A stretch of 64,000 nt of DNA from Paraphysomonas bandaiensis (Eukaryota > Protista > Chrysophyceae): contig CBFFRP010000074.1 of NCBI GenBank assembly GCA_965644295.1, forward strand, positions 123,140 to 187,139, given 5' to 3'. Every line of letters starts with the position of its first letter. Position 1 is the stretch's first letter. The notes under the pieces are model-generated. The model saw only the letters and a list, made by a program, of their open reading frames with translations, did not search any database and was not told the DNA's origin. The translations under genes and the position numbers were made by a program. Of the stretch, positions 12,863 to 28,452 are shown in pieces.

Positions 12863-13931
12863 ATGCAATCAGCTGTTCTTATTATTAGTAATAATTCTAT
12901 TACTACTAACTCATATTTAAACCTCATCACTCTACCTCATCCCAAGTATGGCCCAATAGAGTTCTTAGACTGCGATGGGACACTATATGAGATACAATCA
13001 ACACAACCTCGTAAATATGGTAGTTGGTTTATTAATCAAAGAATTTTATCAGATTCTTCTCATATTATTGCAACTAAAATTGATCCAAAGTATTTAATAT
13101 TACCATATTTAGAATCATCTGGACAGAGATATAGTCCACTCAGTCAGATTGTTGTTCCTGTTGAAGGATGTGAACGTATCAATCTTGATAAATGTACTAC
13201 TTGGAATTTAGAAGATATGTGTGATGTGAATGATAAATTGGGAGATGATATGATTTTGTATCGCTTCAATGCGGACAAAGCATTAGCGTGGCTAACGAAC
13301 AGAGTTAATAAAACTGCATCAGTTTTACGCAAGCGACGGATTGCCCAACTATCGAAGAGTTTAACTGTGAGCACGTTTGACAGTTCCGTTCAATCCGGAA
13401 AATCAAATGGTATATCAGCGACTACAAGGGAGAACGGTGGTAAACTATTGTTGCTGTGTTTTACTACATTTCTAAATATGTTGTAGAATCAGTTACTGAG
13501 GAGGACATACGGACAGCACTGAGTATAGTCACCGATTACTTGACAGATAGTATGGCCGCACGCCTCTTGGAAAGTTTTAATGTAACCGAGGAAAGTATCG
13601 CACCTAAGCCTAGTTCTATGAAGCGCAAGGCAGACTGGGAAACTGCTCTTGAGGTATGCCTACGTATATCTTCTACATCTGCGTTTTCACAGTTGCAATA
13701 TCTGGGCAGGTGGAAAAAGAAACAATGTCATACACTGCTAGTGTCACAACAACATCGATTACTACTGTCTCCCAAATAAACAACGTAAGCTAGTTTTCTT
13801 TCTCAACAATTGTTCTTATCGTCTATCAGGGAAATAAGGCGGGATCGGCTCCTCCAAAGAGTACAGGAAAGTTATCGAAACCCCCAATGAAAGGAGTACG
13901 AAGTATAACTAGTTTTTTTGCGAAGAAGTAG
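12863..13931 (+). CDS. RNASEH2B: Ribonuclease H2 subunit B (multi-exon)
   Basis: LPHPK...LYEIQ...SWFIN...ATKIDPKYLILPYL and YRFNADKALAWL. The last exon ends in the PIP-box-like KGVRSITSFFAKK* (TAG 13929-13931). Confidence 0.85.
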
Positions 13932-14517
13932 TTTCTAATGTTATTGTCCCGTGCGTGTTAATAAATATGAAAAGATAAATAGTACACTGTGTGCCATTCG
14001 TTAATGTAAGAAATGATGTAAGAAAATACGTCTTCTGTTCAAACTGTTGGGGGTGAAATTATTCTGCATAATGATGTATATTGAATCCAAAATTATTATT
14101 CTCAAAAATTATTTTCGTGTGGAAATAGATATGGATATACGTAACGCCAAACGACCTCATAGAGTGAAATGATTGTCAAGAAGAGGACAATGCTCGCGGT
14201 GAACGCAGAAACAACAAAGTATACCCATTCTTTTAATAGCGCGTAATATGTGAAGTGGAACTTACTATACCCCGACTCAATAGATGAATAAAATTATTGA
14301 TTACAAAATTAAAAATACATTACATAAATCTATTACTTTTCCTGAAAAAAGTACTACCAACAACTATGCACACGTAAGACACATAGTGTAACGGCACAGA
14401 AAACACTTCACAATACGTCAAGGGATTTCAGTTCTACATAATATACCCAGGAGGACCTGACTACATAATTCCGCGATCAGTGTATGTGAACGCGTGATTA
14501 TACAGTTCAGCTAACAC

Positions 14518-17500
14518 TCAACCAGTAGCGTCATCCACACTGGTGTTACTATCTCGGCGTGACTTTGGTCGCACATATTCTATTGGGGGTAACCGTTTTG
14601 AAGTCACCGATCCACGCAGAGCCCCACCATCGCCAGAATCTGTCACGTCATGCGCGTCAACACCACTGAGTGAGGAATTGACAGCATTAGATTCGTGTGC
14701 ACTGTCGACAGAGTTCAAACGGCATCTAAACTCATCACCATCTCCATGGGGCTCCATTATACTAACACTTTCCTTTTCCTTAACTGGCGGGGAATTGGCT
14801 TCACATGAAGTCATATTTGCCTCTCCTTCAACCGTATCGTCAAACCTGGTGACATCGACATATGTTGCATTTTTTTCGCTTTGCGTATTCTCGATCTCTT
14901 TACCAGTTGCTTCATTATCCTCATCTTCCGTCTTCTCTACTGCTTTTTCATCAACCCGCACGTCATTCCACCCCGATTTCACTCCTGCTAATGAATCCGC
15001 ACTGCGAAGGCGTTTCACACATCGTTCGATTGTATCCTGGCGTTCAGCATCCACATCGTTAGTATCGCCAATTGATGCAGATTGTTTTCCTTCAGCGATG
15101 TGCTCTTCCTGTTTTCTACCTTCCTGCTTGCGCCTCATCTGAAACTCCGAATCTCCCTTAAGTAGGGTTAGATTTCTTGATCGTCTTCTCTCCTCCGCAA
15201 CTTCGAGCTCCCCTTTCAGGGCATCATCACTCCCGTCATGTATCTTCACTTTCGGGCGCTCAAAAGACCCCAATGAGCTCATGCGTCGAAGGGCCTTTGT
15301 GGCACCGTTAAGAATACCAGAATTTTGTTGCGATCTTCTGAGTGCGCTGCTATCTTCAGTGTCTTTGCTTCCTACCTTACGAACCGCCTTTTTGAACTTT
15401 ATTCCCAGTTTCGAAGGAGTCTTTTCAAGGCTAAGCTTTTCAATGTTCTTCTTGTATGCAACCCCAATCAAGTTTATTAGCTCGAGGAATTCTGCAAAAT
15501 CTATCTGCCCGGACGAGTCTCTATCCACCTACACACACAGCCGTTATATCAAAACCGTGAATGATATATCGAAGCTATATATGCAGAGTCGTCAGCGCAC
15601 CATCATGAAAAGTGAGAATTGATCAGTTTCTTCTACCGACACAATTTCTAGAACAGGCTTGAGCTCCGTCATCTGTGAAAAAAGACATGTAACAAGTAGG
15701 TTTCTCATTAGATAATTTTCTTACGGTTAGTTTCCCATTTTGCCCGATGTCAATCAAGTCAAAAATCTCTAGAAGATTGTCAATAGTTGTGTCTCGTATA
15801 TTATGCTCTTTCTGGTTTTTCTTCACTTTCTCCCAAACCTCTTTCTCTTCCTTTATGCCTTCCTTAAGAAGATCCATCGAGGTAATAATAATACCAACGA
15901 AGAGCGACATCAGTACCATCACACCGAATATAACAAAAACAAAAAAGTACCTACGGGTAGGTTAATATTAGAACAAGTGGCACAAGACAAAACTGCAGAA
16001 CAGAACATTCAACTTACGCAGCTGCAAACCAGCCAAGTCCAACAGGCTCATTGCACTGAGAGTCATAATACTCTTCTCCCGAGTCATATCCGTAATAGTC
16101 GCAACCATACATATTGATACGAGCAGTCTCTGACCAATCGTCTAGCGAACACACCTACCAACAAGGACAAATATGTAAGTGTCGAGTCAATCCTACAAGT
16201 TATTGTACTACCCGAAACAGAGTCACAAATGCATAAAAGAGATTTCCAAAGTGCACAGGATCATTCGAACGAAAGAGTAACACCCCAGCGATGGCAAAAT
16301 GGAAGAAAAATATCAACATGAGCATAATCACATACACTAGGGCCTTAGCAGACGATGCTATGGCTTGCATGATTACGTTCAAATCAGCAATCCAATTTAA
16401 TAATCGAAGCAGTCTTAATATTCTGAGCACACGTAATAGGCCTACCAAACGAAAATATGAGTCACATACAACATCAACACTGAAATACTGTCAGTACCTA
16501 AGTATTTATCTCCCGGAAGACCGTTGGTGAAAATAGGGGCCCAAGTGGTAAGTACAAGCACACTGTCGAAAGAATTCCAACGGTCGTTAAAATAAGTCTT
16601 CACAGCAGGGTACGCCGCTAGCATTTTAAAGCATATATCCAATGAAAAGTACACCTGTAGTACAATCTGAACAATTTGTAGGCGTTGACTACCATTATAT
16701 TCTGGACGCTCCACCGTTACAATTTCAAGCATTGCAGCAAAAAACACAACTGATGCGAGAAGATTTTTATAGTATTTGTTCCCTGTAAGGTTTCGAGCAT
16801 ACACACTGTTCTTTTTTATGTCGCGTATATCGAACTCCGAGCAAAATTGCTTCGCAAGAGAATATGATTCCTTACGAAAGAGAGACTGCCGACAGTCACC
16901 AGGTTTCATCTTTATAGATGTCTCCTTGGCAGACTGTGCTCTCAACTGCTGCCTCGCATATTTTTCATTCTCACTCCACACTTGCTTCATTAGTAGTAAC
17001 AACATATCAGGGTCTGTAATGAGGGAGTTATCTTGCTTGCCCGTACTGAGAAGCGAGGCCGTCCTGCTAACCGATTGGTTGCCTTGTATTTCTCTAGCTA
17101 AATCTTCCTTCTCAAGAGTACTCAGGCGATCGTTAATTCCTGCCGTCACAGCCGCAACAGTGAGCGAGACTAATATGAACCCACACAGTAAAATAAAAGA
17201 TATAAATATGACAGTTGAAAGGACAGGGTTTCCTTGAGGTTCTGTGCACACAGGAAGATAAAGTGTTCCATATCTCTCTATGGTGCGTGGCAAATCAGTT
17301 GCGTTGCGGTCGACATATTGACTTGGATATGAATCGCACCCGTAGAAGTTGACATACATGATCACGCCCCAATTCTACGAAGAATAACAGTGTAAAATAA
17401 CGTATACGTGATTTACAAGTCATGATGTGCTGCATGTACAATTACGGTTGGGACGTACATCAAGTGTAGCCATAAAGAACAGAGTCCAAAGGCTCATTGC

Positions 17501-18482
17501 AATAGAACCGAAGTGAAAAGGGTCATTGGCGCCAAAGACAGTCATCGCCACCGCCGCATATATAAAGAAGACAAGAGTGAGGAGCAACCAGGTGGACATT
17601 AATGAACGTATGCCCAGGGAAATCCCGCTCTGAGGCATACACAAAACACATTACAAATGATCGAGAATGCACATATCAAACAGTTAGCTAGGTGCTAATA
17701 ACTTGCCATCATATGATAAAAAATCACACATACACACCACTCACCACGAGTACATCAATATGTGGTACATTTTCCAGTGCAAATGTAGATATTAGGAGCA
17801 CCCTAACTAGTCTACACCAGTCTCCGTGAACCGTGGATCCGAGAGCTAGACTCAGTGAGCTAATAGCCACATCAAGAAGACCAGAACTTCGTAAAAACTC
17901 TCCTGTGTGAGCTTTAGATCCAAATAATCGTTTAACACGAAGTTTGGCGAATACTGCGACAAACTTCAGAGCACCCAAGATAATGAAGTACACATCAATT
18001 ATGATTTCCATTATAGCTATCACAGAATGAACATCATCGCTCAACCCAGATGAGGCTATCATAGAAAGAGTAATAAAGGCTATAGCTATTGCTGCAGCCC
18101 GTGAGACACGAATAGCATAGCTCTCGAGTATGTTGTGGGCTGTGCCAGATGCAGCCATCACATATGCAAACACTAAACGACGAAAGTATGGCGAAGTAGA
18201 CAAATCAAAACCTGAGCTCATTGTTGAATCATTTGAGTCATCTCGACTAATAAATTTCCTTATAAAACTCCCATTAGTGGTGGATCTTGACAATGCTGGG
18301 TTTATCTTGCTACTGCTGGTCTGATACTTCAGACTTTGATCTGGAGTTAGATTCGCTCTTCGGATACGATTTGCTGTATGAAATATACTGTGTTTTTTCT
18401 GTCTTGCCATTAATTTTTGTCTCTGTTGAGCAGCTTGAGTTATAAGCTCAGAGAAATTAGGACGGTGTTTCACTACAGGCAT
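14518..18482 (-). CDS. Two-repeat (2x6TM) voltage-gated cation channel with C-terminal EF hands
   Basis: Two pore modules after splicing: DPFHFGS..TLFFMATLD|NWG and DPVHFGN..TLFR|VCSLDDWS. S4 helix LLRVLRILRLLRLL, plus DRWNSFD. EF-hand loops DIGQNGKL and DRDSSGQIDFAEF. Confidence 0.8.
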
Positions 18483-19321
18483 TTCTATGTATATCAGAGT
18501 CTGTTAATCCGTATATAAGTCATGTGTGATATGGCTGTTAATAAGATCTTTCCATCTAACATGAATGATATTATCATCAATCAATCTGGATATTAAATCA
18601 TATCCCTTTGATGTGTATGTATTGGATAGTATGGGCAGCAGTGTCGAGAATTGATTACATTGGATGGAATGGGTGTGTCCAGAGTGGTATACATGTGTAT
18701 ATATATACAGCACATTATACATTACAAGATGGTTCATATATTCTAGAGCCGAAAACTCTATGATTTTAAGGTTAAAAGTTAAGGAAATTATAAAAATATT
18801 AGGTATTTATAAGAGGTGACGGTTACATGAGAAATATGAGGGTTTTTTAGTGAGATGAAGTTGAGATTTTACATACTGTATATACGATATATAGTCGTAC
18901 AATATCGTCTGTAGTCGTCATATATTCCCTCATATATACCTCCGTAATCCGTAATCCGTAATCTGTAGCAATAGGACTCTGTAGTACAGTGTATACATAT
19001 TATTGTATTCTGATCCCCAGGCTATGTGAGCCAATTGTTTCCTACTCCATCGCCGAGGTATGTCCTATACCCAGCTGTACATGTACAGCAGTACATTTAT
19101 GTATAGGCATAGCGGTATAGTGTCCTCATATACTGGTCTACCAGTACACAGATATCATATCATCCAATCATCGCTCATCTATCTCCACACATATATATAT
19201 GCAACCATACATATGATTTCTACAAAATAATGTTTGCATATTATCCTCAAGTGTTAGTTTATATAACTGCACGATATTCCTGTGCAATATTTTGTTCTTG
19301 AGGTGATTGCTTCAAGGCATT

Positions 19322-21423
19322 ATGAGTGACCCATTGATCCAAAAGGAATACCTCAGTGATGCGAACAGACCATCTGTGCTCAAGACAGTTGCATCTTATA
19401 TCATTGTTACAGAGTTCTGTGAGCGTCTTGCATATTATGGGTTTGCCGGCTCATTGGTTCTTTTTTTTGAGACCAAAATGAACCTTTCGAATGAAGATTC
19501 AGTTAATCAGTTCTATTTATGGAATGGATTTGTGTACGTGACACCACTGCTTGGCGGTTACATTGCCGATACATATTTAGGCAGATACAAGACTATTCTT
19601 ATATTTTCCGTTGCATACTTAGTGGGGTTGTGTTTGTTCGTATTTGGAGCCATTCCAGGAGCCATCCAAGCTGCTGTAGTGTTTTCTGCCATGTACATTA
19701 TCGCCCTTGCCGCTGGAGGAATAAAACCTAATGTTTCGACAATGGGTGCCGATCAGTTTGATATACGATACAAACAAGATGAAAAAGAAGCGGGACAATT
19801 TTTCTCATACTTTTACTGGTCTATCAATCTCGGTGCGCTGGGTGCGTATACCCTGGTAGCCTACATATGCCAATACGGCTTGCCGGGATTGGGTGGAGAG
19901 CCTTGGGGATTTTTTGTCGGATACCTTATCCCTACTGTGATGATGGCCATCGGAATCGCCATATTTATCTACGGGTCGCCAAGGTACAAGAAGAACCCTC
20001 CTCACGGAAGCATGATTAGCATCGCTAGTGGAATCCTTTATGAGGGTTGGACTCGCCCTGCGCTTCCGTCCTCATCTCACTGGTTGGATAAAAGTTCTCG
20101 AGAATTTGGTGGCAGCTTTGCAACGGAAGACGTGGAGGGCATGAAATACATGATGAAGCTTGTTCCATATCTCGGTGTCATGATCCCATTCTGGGGAATA
20201 TATGGTCAAACCAAGACGGCTTTCCAGATTCAAGGATGTCAGATGAATCTTTATGTGGGCGACTTTCAACTTCCGGTGTCTGCGATGAATATATTTAACA
20301 ACGTCACCATCCTATGTCTTGTTCCGTTCTTCGATCAGGTGCTATATCCATACCTGAAGAAAACCAGGGGAATAGTTCCCTCTATGCTTACGAAAATAGG
20401 TGTGGGTTTTATATTGGCCGTAAGTGCAATGGTGGTTGCGGGACTTGTGGAGATGTACAGACTAAAAGAAGCTCCAGAGGCTGCCGATTATTCTTCACAT
20501 AGCGCCCGAGATAACATATCTCCATGCAGAGATATCTATAACTATAACCCGCATAAATATCAAGCCTGGTATGATGGTGAGTAAAACCGCCCCTTTGTGG
20601 ATGATTGTAACAATAAAGTATTTCCAATATTCTTATTCCGGTTTTTCTTATATGCATGCTGCAGGTGACGAGGACGATAAACCCACAAACTGCCATACCA
20701 ACTGTCACACCATTGTCAATGGGACCCTCTCCTTGGACTGCATTGAATGCGATGACATCCCTCAGATGTCCGATGTGTCGATATTCTGGCAGGTACACAC
20801 CCTTCTTATATTGCTGTAGTATGTATATATCTCGTGTTCTCTAATTGTGATATAATCATTTATGTCAGATACCCCAGTTTGTGCTGATAGGAGTGGCTGA
20901 GATTTTCGCTTCTATCACCTCTTTGGAGTTTTTCTACTCTCAAGTAAGTTGCATACCTCGCCATATAGTCTCCTTTTGATCTATGCCCTTTGACTTCTCC
21001 GCATAGGCCCCCAGTCAAATGCGATCTGTTTCTCAAGCTTCCAATTTGTTCACGAACGCCCTTGGATCTTGGTTGACCATCCCTCTGACGCTGCTGGTAA
21101 ATATACAATCCAACAACGAGTGGGTTGCCTCTAATGTAGACGAGGGACACCTGGACTGGTACTTCTTCCTGCTGGCGGGACTCATGCTCTTGGCTCAAAT
21201 TATTTTTGCGTACATGTCGGCTGGATACCAGTATGCAGACCCCACGGTGTTGGCTGAACTTTCTGCGGCAGTGCAGCGCAGTGACTCGAAGCTGCGAGGA
21301 CAGTCTGCGGACGGTGATTACGGTGCTCGTAAGCATCTGATAGCGGCTCAGCTAGAAGGTGAAGAGCAGAATGAGGACGATGTGATCGTACCACTCATGA
21401 GGGAAGAGAGAGGGCGCATGTAG
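19322..21423 (+). CDS. POT/PTR family proton-dependent oligopeptide transporter
   Basis: EFCERLAYYG (ExxERxxYY), GGYIADTYLGRYKTI, GGIKPNVSTMGADQF, FFSYFYWSINLG, and spliced WQIPQF..LEFFYSQAP..MRS. Confidence 0.92.
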
Positions 21424-22805
21424 ATCGCCTATTTTATATCTTTTCGAGTTTTTAATTTTGCTTCGCAATGGATAAATTGAGTAATACTTGAGAAGAAATC
21501 ACACAAGACAGTATGGAAATGTAGTATATAGGCATCTCGTGTCATTATTACAACCTTGTCGTGTATTATAATGAATATAGAATTAGAAGTCAATTTCAGG
21601 TTATATCACATCGGAAGTGCGAGATACTTTTGAATAACTAATAACTGATTGTCTTATTGATTATTGGTCATTTTCACATAATTAAGATCGTTACGAGAAG
21701 TTTATTGTAATCAAACTACATAGAACTATAAGGTTTGTACAATGAGACCTGACTGAAAAGAGCACATTGACAATGCTATATATGAATATGATATCAGGTA
21801 TCAATACAGGGTGTGGGTATGCAAATCAAAGGCATCAATAACTGCAGCTGATATTCATCATTCGATCGATGCAGTTATATATGGAACCTACATCTACACA
21901 GTCATTTTCAGACTGTAATTGATATTGCTAACTTTGCTTAAGCGTTACCTCATCCTCACCTCTCCAAGTCACTATAGCTTCCCTTGTATGATCATTCCTG
22001 TGACCACTACTCTAGAATTCAGTTAAAATTACGATATGTAATGGCAATATCTTCTATATATAGATATCGAGTATCTTTCAACACAGCACATGCTCGTGCT
22101 CACTTTGTGTGATTGTTTGATAGAAAGCCACTGAAGAAAAGGGTCCTTGACCGAATAGATTTCCTCATACTCTTCCAACAACTTTATTGCATCAATCGAC
22201 TTGTTGCTCCAGTGATCATAAATGAAAGAAAGCCTTCATATATATATCTGTAGCATGCCCAGGTAGGATAAGTCCCTCTCCTTTGAACAATTCACGTCTC
22301 TGAACCTTTCGTTAAGTATCCATGAACTCGTCTATGTCTTCCTTATCTTAGTTTGAACGATAGTCTTCTTGTTAAGCTCGTGTTGATTCGACAATCTTCA
22401 TACTGAATCATGTACTGCTGTACACTGCTCTTATCTATCTATATAAGTACACTCTATACAGCAGTACGCTCTCGAAATGCATGTATATATACCGTAGAAT
22501 ACAATGTATACTTGACAACTCTACAGAAAGTACCAGCAGCAGTATGTAAAATTTCATCTATGACGGTTGATGATCTCCAACCAACCTCCGACCTAAAGAA
22601 TTTACTGGTTAACTATCTCACCAATCATTCCACTATCTCTCCACTCTGCTGTGTACATATACATACATATATCTCTATAGTAGTTGATCCAAAAAAAAAA
22701 AAAGCAAGAAGTGACTGCTTTTAACTCAATCAAATATCAAGTTTTAGTATATAGTCAATTCAAATATACACCATTATAGTAACTATATTCATTTAAATTA
22801 AAAAT

Positions 22806-24331
22806 ATGAGTGATCCATCACACCATTCTATGATGTTAGATGGTACTGGTATAAGTGCTGGAATGAGTGCTCATGAAGCTGCTGTATTGAGACAAGAGCA
22901 AGTAGCACAAGAGAAGGTCATAGAGACTATATACTTAAACCCTTGTATATCTTATAATAATGTAGGATTTCTGGAGACGTATTATGGAGGAGATGACAAG
23001 CATTGATCCATGTAAGTTCTTGGCTCATGAGATACTGTTTTGGATTTAACTCAATACTGCTTATGGATATTCAGCTAAGGAGCAGTTCAAAAATCAGGAG
23101 CTACCACTATCCCGCATTAAAAGAGTAATGAAACTTGAGAATGATATGCTTGTTGAAACATCTCGCAACGTAAGATTATTAATATCTTGTTAATTTGTTG
23201 AAGTTAACATTTTTGTTTGCAGATGATCAGCGCGGAAGCGCCTCTTGTGTTGGCCAAGGTATATCGCAAAAACAATATAGTCATAGTTACGACGGCATCA
23301 TACATTGTTTGGCAGGCATGTGAAATGTTTATTCTTGAACTCACATTAAGGGGATGGTCCTTTGCCGAAGATGTTCGTAGAAGAACTCTGCTGGTACTAT
23401 TGGAACCATTATCTTTTATGTGTCTAACGCAGTATTTACCAACAGAAAAGTGATGTAGTCCGCGCTGTTTGGCAGAGTGAAGTGTATGACTTCCTCATAG
23501 ACACTATACCCAGAGAAGAGGTCCCACCACCTTCACCATTACCTCAGCAGGTCACTACCGACTATCCTTAATCTGCTCTCTAAACTTTTCTTACATGTAC
23601 AGATGTATGATGGCCGCTATCACACTGCAGATAGGAACCAGGGAGTATATAGCTACCAACCTGGTACTAGCATTTAATATATGTTGTGTTGAAACACTAG
23701 ATGTCTCAGCTAACACATAACGTGTTTGCCGCGTATATTGTATTTTTACCACAATTAGCATATCATATTGAACAGAGTGCTCCCTGCATTTGTATATCTT
23801 TTGTGTGTAATTCTATGCCTTTGATATGCAGGCCCTGCAGGTGGCCCATACACCCTACCTCCTGGGAATGACTACCACCCATCCCATCTTTCTGCCCCAT
23901 CATCTCACCCTGCATCAGCAACCCCCGTCAGTAGCGCCCAAAGTCATCCATCAATGCGGCCACTGACCACCTCCGTACCCCCCCAGCACATGCATTCTAA
24001 CGCCGGCGTTACGGGTGGACCTTCCATCGCTCCTACCCCGACCTACATGCCACACGCTCAACATCGAATGCATGTACCCCCTCACCATCATCCTGTTATG
24101 CAACAACCGCAGCCCCATATGCAACCACATCCTCACCCACAACAAATTCCTCACCCTCACCAACAGCACCACACTCAGCCACAAGTCCACTCTCAACAGC
24201 AACCTCACACTCAGTCTCATCAACAGTCACAACCAGGACAAAAGCGAGGAGCCTCTCAGGCGCTAGATATGGAATCATCGAATGCCCAATCCGCGGCCCC
24301 CGGGAAAAAGGCTCGAGGAGGAAGAGCGTAG
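22806..24331 (+). CDS. NFYC: Nuclear transcription factor Y subunit C-like histone-fold protein with His/Gln/Pro-rich tail
   Basis: Spliced exons give QELPLSRIKRVMK..MISAEAPLVLAK|ACEMFILELTLRGW..RRRTLL|KSDV..YDFLID. Confidence 0.85.
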
Positions 24332-25004
24332 ATGGACTTTTCATAGATGGTTGGTTGGTTCGAATTATGATGTCGTGTGGTATCAATGAAGTATTCTAGC
24401 GATGTGGTGAAGTAGTGTGGGTAGTTACGTATATAGTATAAGTAAAGCAGAAGGTAATATTCAATTGGATACAAAAGATAGGGTGGTATGCTGTATGCTA
24501 TATGTGTAACCCACTGTTGGGTGAAGTCGTAATAATTATTGTTTTATTACTCAAACCGAAATTGTATAAGAGGCATTGCATGCGATAATTACAATATGTG
24601 TTGTACTCAACAATTGAGATAAATATTATTTTATTGGAAATAAACCAATCATGTCATGTTGCTAAAATGTATCCCTCTCCAAGTATATGTAACACAAGGT
24701 TTGTTCGAAACTAGAGCCAAGGTAGGGGTGAAATATTGAAATAGTGTTGGCTTCAAAATTATTCCATCAGCAAAGCAGTAAACTTTTAAACCTAATAGAA
24801 AATAGAGTAAACTTTGCACTTGTTTATTGTAAATAGTAGACTTACTAAAGTACTAAAATGCACAAATTCAAGCCAAACAAATTAACCCTCAAATAAACTG
24901 ACAAAAACTATTATTTTTTAGAATTATTTGCTTCCAGCTTATCTTCTGGAAGTCATAGTTGGTTTTGTTATATTTAACCACGGGTTATAAGGAGGTTATT
25001 CGAA

Positions 25005-25155
25005 ATAATGTAATAGGCGATGAAGAGTCTGATATATAAATTCTACGAAAGCTGCTTGTGCGTCACCGCAAGCACTAAGGTGCAATAACTTTTGCTCTAT
25101 CGCTCAAAGCAAACGCAGTGAGCAAGCAGAATGTTGATATACCTGACATCTGCTA
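25005..25155 (+). repeat. Dispersed repeat copy (core AAGCTGCTTGTGCGTCACCGCAAGCACTAAGGTGCAA)
   Basis: The core matches the reverse complement of ~1566-1606. The downstream ATATACCTGACATCTGC matches the reverse complement of 1511-1527. Confidence 0.85.
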
Positions 25156-25868
25156 ACTTCAGGATCTTTGAGTCCTTAAAGTGAACAGCCCGGATGCTTG
25201 ACTTCAACAGGGAATACCCCTGATGCCCATGAGGTGGCCCATTCCCGCATGGATGTTTTCTCGTGAAGGTCTAAAGACGCCACTAGGCCATGAGTGAGAA
25301 GAACGTTATCTTCTGGCTAGCTATATATGCGGTACACGTCAGTTCCTGGAGAAATACTAATTAGTACTTATCCTTTAGCGGTGCGGATCATATTGATAAT
25401 TTAAAGTGCGAGTCCGACTTTATTGAGGGTGTATTATGATAAAGTCACTTTCAAATTACTATCAATATTATAACTAGGATAGAAGACAGTTTCTGTTTGA
25501 AGAGTATTAAAGTTGAATTCGGTGGTACTATGAGAATATGAGCATTCTGCATTCTGCAGAACCCAATTCAGGTAAAGAAACACTTTTTGAGATTGGGAAT
25601 AAGGCTATTTCGAAATTCGAATTTGTTTAGTAAAGCGACACGGCAAACAGTGTCGCAGAATAGTGCAGAGTAGCTAGTCTACTTTAATAATTCGTTTGGT
25701 GTGTGGCATGCGCAATATATATACTGGGTCATGATATCATTATACCCTCAACAAATACAGTAAGTTCACTGCTTATTACTCAACTGACTGACCCCCTCAC
25801 ATACACACCAAGAGAACTCAACTGGCTAGCTACTACGATTGCACGCTTGCGGTGAGTAGTGTGTCTGT

Positions 25869-26498
25869 TTAGAGAGTGACTCCCATTCCGCGGGACAGCT
25901 CCTGGAGGGCGGTGAGCTGGATAAACGCTTCAGCCTTCTCCTCAGGAACATTTGTAGATGCAAATGCTTTAGAAGCTGCTGCGAACTCTTTCTTCATAGC
26001 GTCCACGTCAAAGTCATCAATAGGGAAGGCCTCGGGGCAGGCAACATCCTACAGAAAAATAAGAATAGAACTAGTGGTATCTTGAACGTAATGGTAACAT
26101 GGCAACTTCGAAAAATAGTATAATCTAAAATAATTTTGAAGTATTCATACCGTAGTAGAGTCCTCACGGGAGAAAGCGAATCCGCCAGAGACGAAGAATT
26201 TCTCCTGTTCGCCCTGTATAAAAATAATAACACATAAGAAAAAAATCTCATTAAAAAACACACGTACCCCAACATGGTATATAGTAACAGTACCCGCCTT
26301 TAACTGGCCAATGACAGGGGTTTTATTTGCTAAGACACCATAGTATCCATCCTCTCCAGGCAAACTGATACCGGAGACGACTTTGTCTGTGTAGATGGGG
26401 TTGTGGGGAGTGCCAAATGTCAAGCGTAGCTCGGGAGCCCCGGCAGCAGCGGCAGTAGCAAAATTACGCCTTCCAATATTAAGAGCGGTGCGGATCAT
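25869..26498 (-). CDS. ATP5F1D: Mitochondrial F1 ATP synthase delta subunit (3 exons)
   Basis: Presequence MIRTALNIGRRNFAT, then LRLTFGTPH..ISLPGEDGYYGVLANKTPVIGQLKAGTV, and EKFFVSGGFAF in the next exon. Confidence 0.9.
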
Positions 26499-26845
26499 AT
26501 TGATAATTAATATGCACCTATGATGTATGTAATTATGGTGAGTTGTAAGACGAATGCATGCAATGCATATGCATACATACATACATGCATACATACACAC
26601 AACACATACATTCATACATACATGCATACATGTATGTTTGTTGCCACTCTATTTGCATGTTGTATTTTTTTTGTGGCTCCTTTCACATCATAAATTCAGA
26701 AAACAAAAACTGAAAATAGAAGAATGTCTTTTCGAGATACTAATGATCAACTGATGTTTGCAAGCACCAAAGCTCGTTGTTGTTGTTGTTGTCTTGTTGC
26801 AATGCACTCGCAATAGCACTGTCATTCCATCAGTTAATAGCAACT
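26499..26845. promoter_or_regulatory. Putative bidirectional promoter between the ATP synthase delta and beta genes
   Basis: 347 bp separate the divergent ATGs (26498 on minus, 26846 on plus). The interval contains a CATA-rich tract. Confidence 0.6.

Positions 26846-28452
<1,607 letters not shown>

Noticed and set aside
21940-22400. Coding-like minus-strand stretch (..IDAIKLLEEYEEIYSVKDPFLQWL..)
   Set aside because: It is interrupted by stops and no family could be recognised. It may be a decayed gene, but this cannot be supported without TBLASTX.
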